Positions 61,232 through 64,000 of a stretch of 64,000 bases of DNA are shown piece after piece. The stretch is from a virus (Duplodnaviria; Caudoviricetes), in IMG/VR virus record IMGVR_UViG_3300020577_007133, positions 40,773-104,772 of that record; one strand, 5' to 3'. The translations under genes were made by a program, and so were the position numbers. Each line of letters starts with the position of its first letter. Position 1 is the first letter of the stretch. The notes under the pieces are model-generated. The model worked only from the letters and a program-made list of their open reading frames with translations, ran no database searches and was not told where the DNA came from.

Positions 61232-61908
61232 TTTAATATTTTATCACTTTTCTTCAAATTATCTTCAGCCCATAGTGGTTGAAGATTTGTGTAATGACAA
61301 AGTTTATAAATTTCTTCTTCGGTAGTTGCGGATGATAATGGTATGATGTGGTCAATGTGCCACCCATATCGACTATAATTTTCCCAAGACATCCCATTAG
61401 TAAATTGTTTTTCTAAATGTTCTTTTAAAAATTCTAAAGAACAACCAACAATATCTAAAGTTCTATTATTTTTTGGTATTTTGTTAGTTTTTAATATATT
61501 GTAAAATCGACTTCTAATGTTAAATTGTATTTTTTTAAGGGGGTTTGTTTCACGAGTAATCTTCATATAATTTCTATTATATTGTTTTACTTTTTCTTTA
61601 TTTTTTTCTTCCCATATTTTATTAGATTCTCTATGTTTTTCTTTATTTAAATTATACCAATTTTTATTTATTTTTTTTACTTTGTCAGTATTATTTATAT
61701 AATAATTTTTATTGTATTCAGGATTTTTATTATACCAATTTTGTAAAGTTTCTTTTCTTTTATTCACATTATTTTCTCTATAAATTTTACCATCGATTTT
61801 ACGACACTCTTTACAAGAAGTTCTTAATCTGTCCTTAGTTGAATTGTGTACCCCGAATTCACATACATCTTTTTCTTCTTTACATTTACTACATATCTTT
61901 TTTTCCAT
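61228..61908 (-). CDS. HNH endonuclease with N-terminal Zn ribbon (paralogue of 56042..56629)
   Basis: CSKC...CKEC; WHIDHIIPLS...CHYTNLQPLWAEDNLKKS. Confidence 0.9.
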   Translation of the reverse strand: MEKKICSKCKEEKDVCEFGVHNSTKDRLRTSCKECRKIDGKIYRENNVNKRKETLQNWYNKNPEYNKNYYINNTDKVKKINKNWYNLNKEKHRESNKIWEEKNKEKVKQYNRNYMKITRETNPLKKIQFNIRSRFYNILKTNKIPKNNRTLDIVGCSLEFLKEHLEKQFTNGMSWENYSRYGWHIDHIIPLSSATTEEEIYKLCHYTNLQPLWAEDNLKKSDKILN

Positions 61909-62044
61909 AATATTCTCTCAATAGTTTATTAAGTAATGTTGATTTTTTTACTTTTTCTTCAACCATTCGGTCAAATAAATCTCGGTCTAAACTTATCCCA
62001 AATTTAACCTTTCTGTTTTCTTCTAATTTTGTTGGTCTTGCCAT
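61889..62044 (-). CDS. 51 aa ribbon-helix-helix-like protein (missing from the ORF track)
   Basis: Hand translation MARPTKLEENRKVKFGISLDRDLFDRMVEEKVKKSTLLNKLLREYYGKKDM*; same 20 nt overlap with its HNH gene. Confidence 0.8.
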   Translation of the reverse strand: MARPTKLEENRKVKFGISLDRDLFDRMVEEKVKKSTLLNKLLREYYGKKDM

Positions 62045-62141
62045 ATTATATAAATATCTCGTTTATTGTTAAAGTTTCACTATAACTAATAATAATTAAA
62101 TATTTTTGTTTTATCAACTATTTATAAATAAAAAACGTCAA

Positions 62142-62645
62142 ATGAATTTTAACATAAAAAAAAATGCCACATTACCAATTTTAAAACTTTCTGTGATAAA
62201 GGACGGACGCAGTGACTATAATAATTTTATGGAATTGTTGGAGACTTCAACCATATTCTTTTCTATGGTTAATTCTGATACAGGTATTCCAAAAATAACT
62301 TCAAGACCTGCAGGATTTGTAGAAAAGATTTTTGATGAACCAAATGCTGAACCTGAATACTACATTTATTATCAATTTACTAAACAAGACACTAGCATAG
62401 AAGGTAGATATGAAGGTCAATTTTTAATCAAAACTGATGACGGTAATTTAATTTTACCTATCAGAGAAAAGTTATTTATTTATATTCAAGATTCTTTTAT
62501 TGCTGATGATTTAACATACACAACTTGTTATACCTCAGAGTTTCCTTGTTGTGCTGTACCGACACCCACACCAAGTGTTACCACTACACACACACCAACT
62601 CCAACTTTAACACCTACACCAACTTTGACACCTACTCCGTCATAA
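62142..62645 (+). CDS. BppU-like beta-sandwich structural protein with a C-terminal Pro/Thr tail
   Basis: FNIKKNATLP.L...YYQFTKQDT..EGRYEGQF, then CCAV(PT)n to the stop; ATG at 62142. Confidence 0.6.
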   Translation: MNFNIKKNATLPILKLSVIKDGRSDYNNFMELLETSTIFFSMVNSDTGIPKITSRPAGFVEKIFDEPNAEPEYYIYYQFTKQDTSIEGRYEGQFLIKTDDGNLILPIREKLFIYIQDSFIADDLTYTTCYTSEFPCCAVPTPTPSVTTTHTPTPTLTPTPTLTPTPS

Positions 62646-62674
62646 TTGACTTAAACAATTTATTATTTTATATT
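62646..62674 (+). promoter_or_regulatory. putative sigma70-like promoter for DNA polymerase
   Basis: TTGACT-N17-TATATT. Confidence 0.5.
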
Positions 62675-62738
62675 TATTTGAAATAAGGTAAATCTCATCA
62701 AGAATGGGAGCTAATATACCACTTTAAAAAAATATATT

Positions 62739-64000
62739 ATGATATCACAAGAAGAAATTAAATCATTCCTTGAGGGTAATGATAATGAGCAGTATATCGT
62801 CGCTGTTGAATTTGACTACGTCACCGACGCAATATACAAAGTAATCGAAGACCCGGTTAAGGGTAAGTCAATCAAAAAAGACACATTTACTCCGTTTGCT
62901 TGGGTTGGAGACCTACGAGATTTGAATTTTTATTCAAAATCAAAAGACCAACAAAAAGAAGCAATGAAAAAACACGGAATTATCATCGATAAATTACGTA
63001 CCACAAATGAAGATGGAACAACCAATGAAAGATTGGATAGAGGTCTTAAATTTATGGTTAAATCGATAAAAGGTTATCGTGCTTTAATCCAATTTTTCCG
63101 TGAGGGTGGTGTTGACCCTTGGGGTGAAAAAACCAAAGATAAGATTATGATTTTACCCCCCGTTGAGCAATACTTAATTTCAAGAGAGAAAAGATTATTC
63201 AAAGGGTATGAAGAATACAACGACATTACAAGACTCGGATTTGACTTGGAGACGACCGCTCTTGAACCAAAAGACGGTCGTATATTTATGATTGGAATTA
63301 AAACCAATAAAGGATTCCAAAAAGTTATTGAATGTGCGACAGAGGACCAAGAAAGAAAAGGTCTTGTTGAGTTCTTCAATATTATAGACGAAATTAAACC
63401 ATCGATTATTGGTGGGTACAATTCAGCAAACTTCGACTGGTTTTGGATTTTTGAAAGATGTAAAGCTCTTAACTTGGACATTAAAAAAATTGCAAAATCA
63501 TTAAACCCTTCAAAAACTATTTCACAAAAGGATGGAATGTTAAAACTTGCAAATGAGGTTGAAAGATTTTCACAAACTCAAATGTGGGGTTATAACATTA
63601 TTGATATTATTCACTCAGTTCGTAGAGCACAAGCAATCAATTCAAGTATCAAATCTGCCGGTTTGAAGTATATTACACAATACATTAAAGCAGAAGCAGC
63701 TGACCGTGTTTATATTGACCATAATGATATTGGACCAATGTATGCTAAAAAAGAAGAGTATTGGTTAAATGTTGAGAATGGAAAATATAAAAAAGCCGAT
63801 AATCCTGCATTTGATAATTTAGATACAAGATTCCCGGGGAAATATATTAAAGTTACCGGTGATAATATTGTTGAGAGATATCTTGACGACGACTTAGAGG
63901 AAACGTTGACAGTGGATGATGAATTCAACCAAGGAACGTTTCTATTAGCATCAATGGTACCAACAACATATGAAAGAGTTTCTACTATGGGAACCGCTAC
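62739..64000 (+). CDS. family B DNA polymerase, N-terminal part (runs off the window; missing from the ORF track)
   Basis: Hand translation MISQEEIKSFLEG...; ExoI FDLETT, ExoII GYNSANFDW. Confidence 0.85.
   Translation, partial: MISQEEIKSFLEGNDNEQYIVAVEFDYVTDAIYKVIEDPVKGKSIKKDTFTPFAWVGDLRDLNFYSKSKDQQKEAMKKHGIIIDKLRTTNEDGTTNERLDRGLKFMVKSIKGYRALIQFFREGGVDPWGEKTKDKIMILPPVEQYLISREKRLFKGYEEYNDITRLGFDLETTALEPKDGRIFMIGIKTNKGFQKVIECATEDQERKGLVEFFNIIDEIKPSIIGGYNSANFDWFWIFERCKALNLDIKKIAKSLNPSKTISQKDGMLKLANEVERFSQTQMWGYNIIDIIHSVRRAQAINSSIKSAGLKYITQYIKAEAADRVYIDHNDIGPMYAKKEEYWLNVENGKYKKADNPAFDNLDTRFPGKYIKVTGDNIVERYLDDDLEETLTVDDEFNQGTFLLASMVPTTYERVSTMGTA

Noticed and set aside
23462-61908. Eukaryotic giant-virus origin suggested by glycan genes, mucin-like proteins and this HNH type
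   Set aside because: T4-like terminase, portal, protease and capsid genes, plus bS21, a sigma factor and bacterial terminators, indicate a tailed bacteriophage.
410-63928. Many short ORFs antisense to or overlapping long genes (e.g. 410..754, 10824..11147, 47079..47342, 63074..63481, 63710..63928)
   Set aside because: Shadow frames of well-supported genes; their low-complexity translations mirror the real protein's codon bias.
1-64000. Stop-codon reassignment as in some large phages
   Set aside because: Core genes are full length in the standard code with high coding density.
1-64000. tRNA or rRNA genes
   Set aside because: Intergenic gaps are short and very AT-rich; no cloverleaf or T-loop signature was recognised by eye.

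Overview
AT-rich segment of a large T4-like tailed phage genome read in the standard genetic code. The host is probably Bacteroidota: A-rich starts without Shine-Dalgarno, one perfect TTTG-N19-TAnnTTTG promoter, a DUF4494-like gene and a phage bS21. Layout: head module (terminase, portal, protease, scaffold, major capsid; 2.6-14.2 kb); baseplate/structural genes and a gp55-like sigma factor (15.8-23.5 kb); a minus-strand glycan cluster (23.5-37.6 kb) with gmd, a His-type ColD-like dehydratase, a Fcl/ColC reductase and GT2/GT-B/GT10/GT11/GT25 enzymes, interleaved with PhoH, dUTPase and an exonuclease; putative internal head proteins including a WYL protein (38.5-41.3 kb); large Cys-rich, Pro/Thr-repeat virion proteins and a fibre (42.7-55.8 kb); a second glycosyltransferase cassette (GT60-like, GT25/HtrL-like) bracketed by two inverted RHH+HNH units (55.9-62.1 kb); and the 5' part of a family B DNA polymerase. 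Two solo TnpB genes and a NUMOD3 endonuclease are inserted. Best candidate for a new system (inference): a phage-encoded mucin-type O-glycosylation pathway, with mucin-like (TP)n/Cys virion proteins as acceptors, a GT60-type initiating transferase, elongating transferases and a GDP-colitose/fucose supply. All family assignments come from motif recognition by eye; no searches were run.
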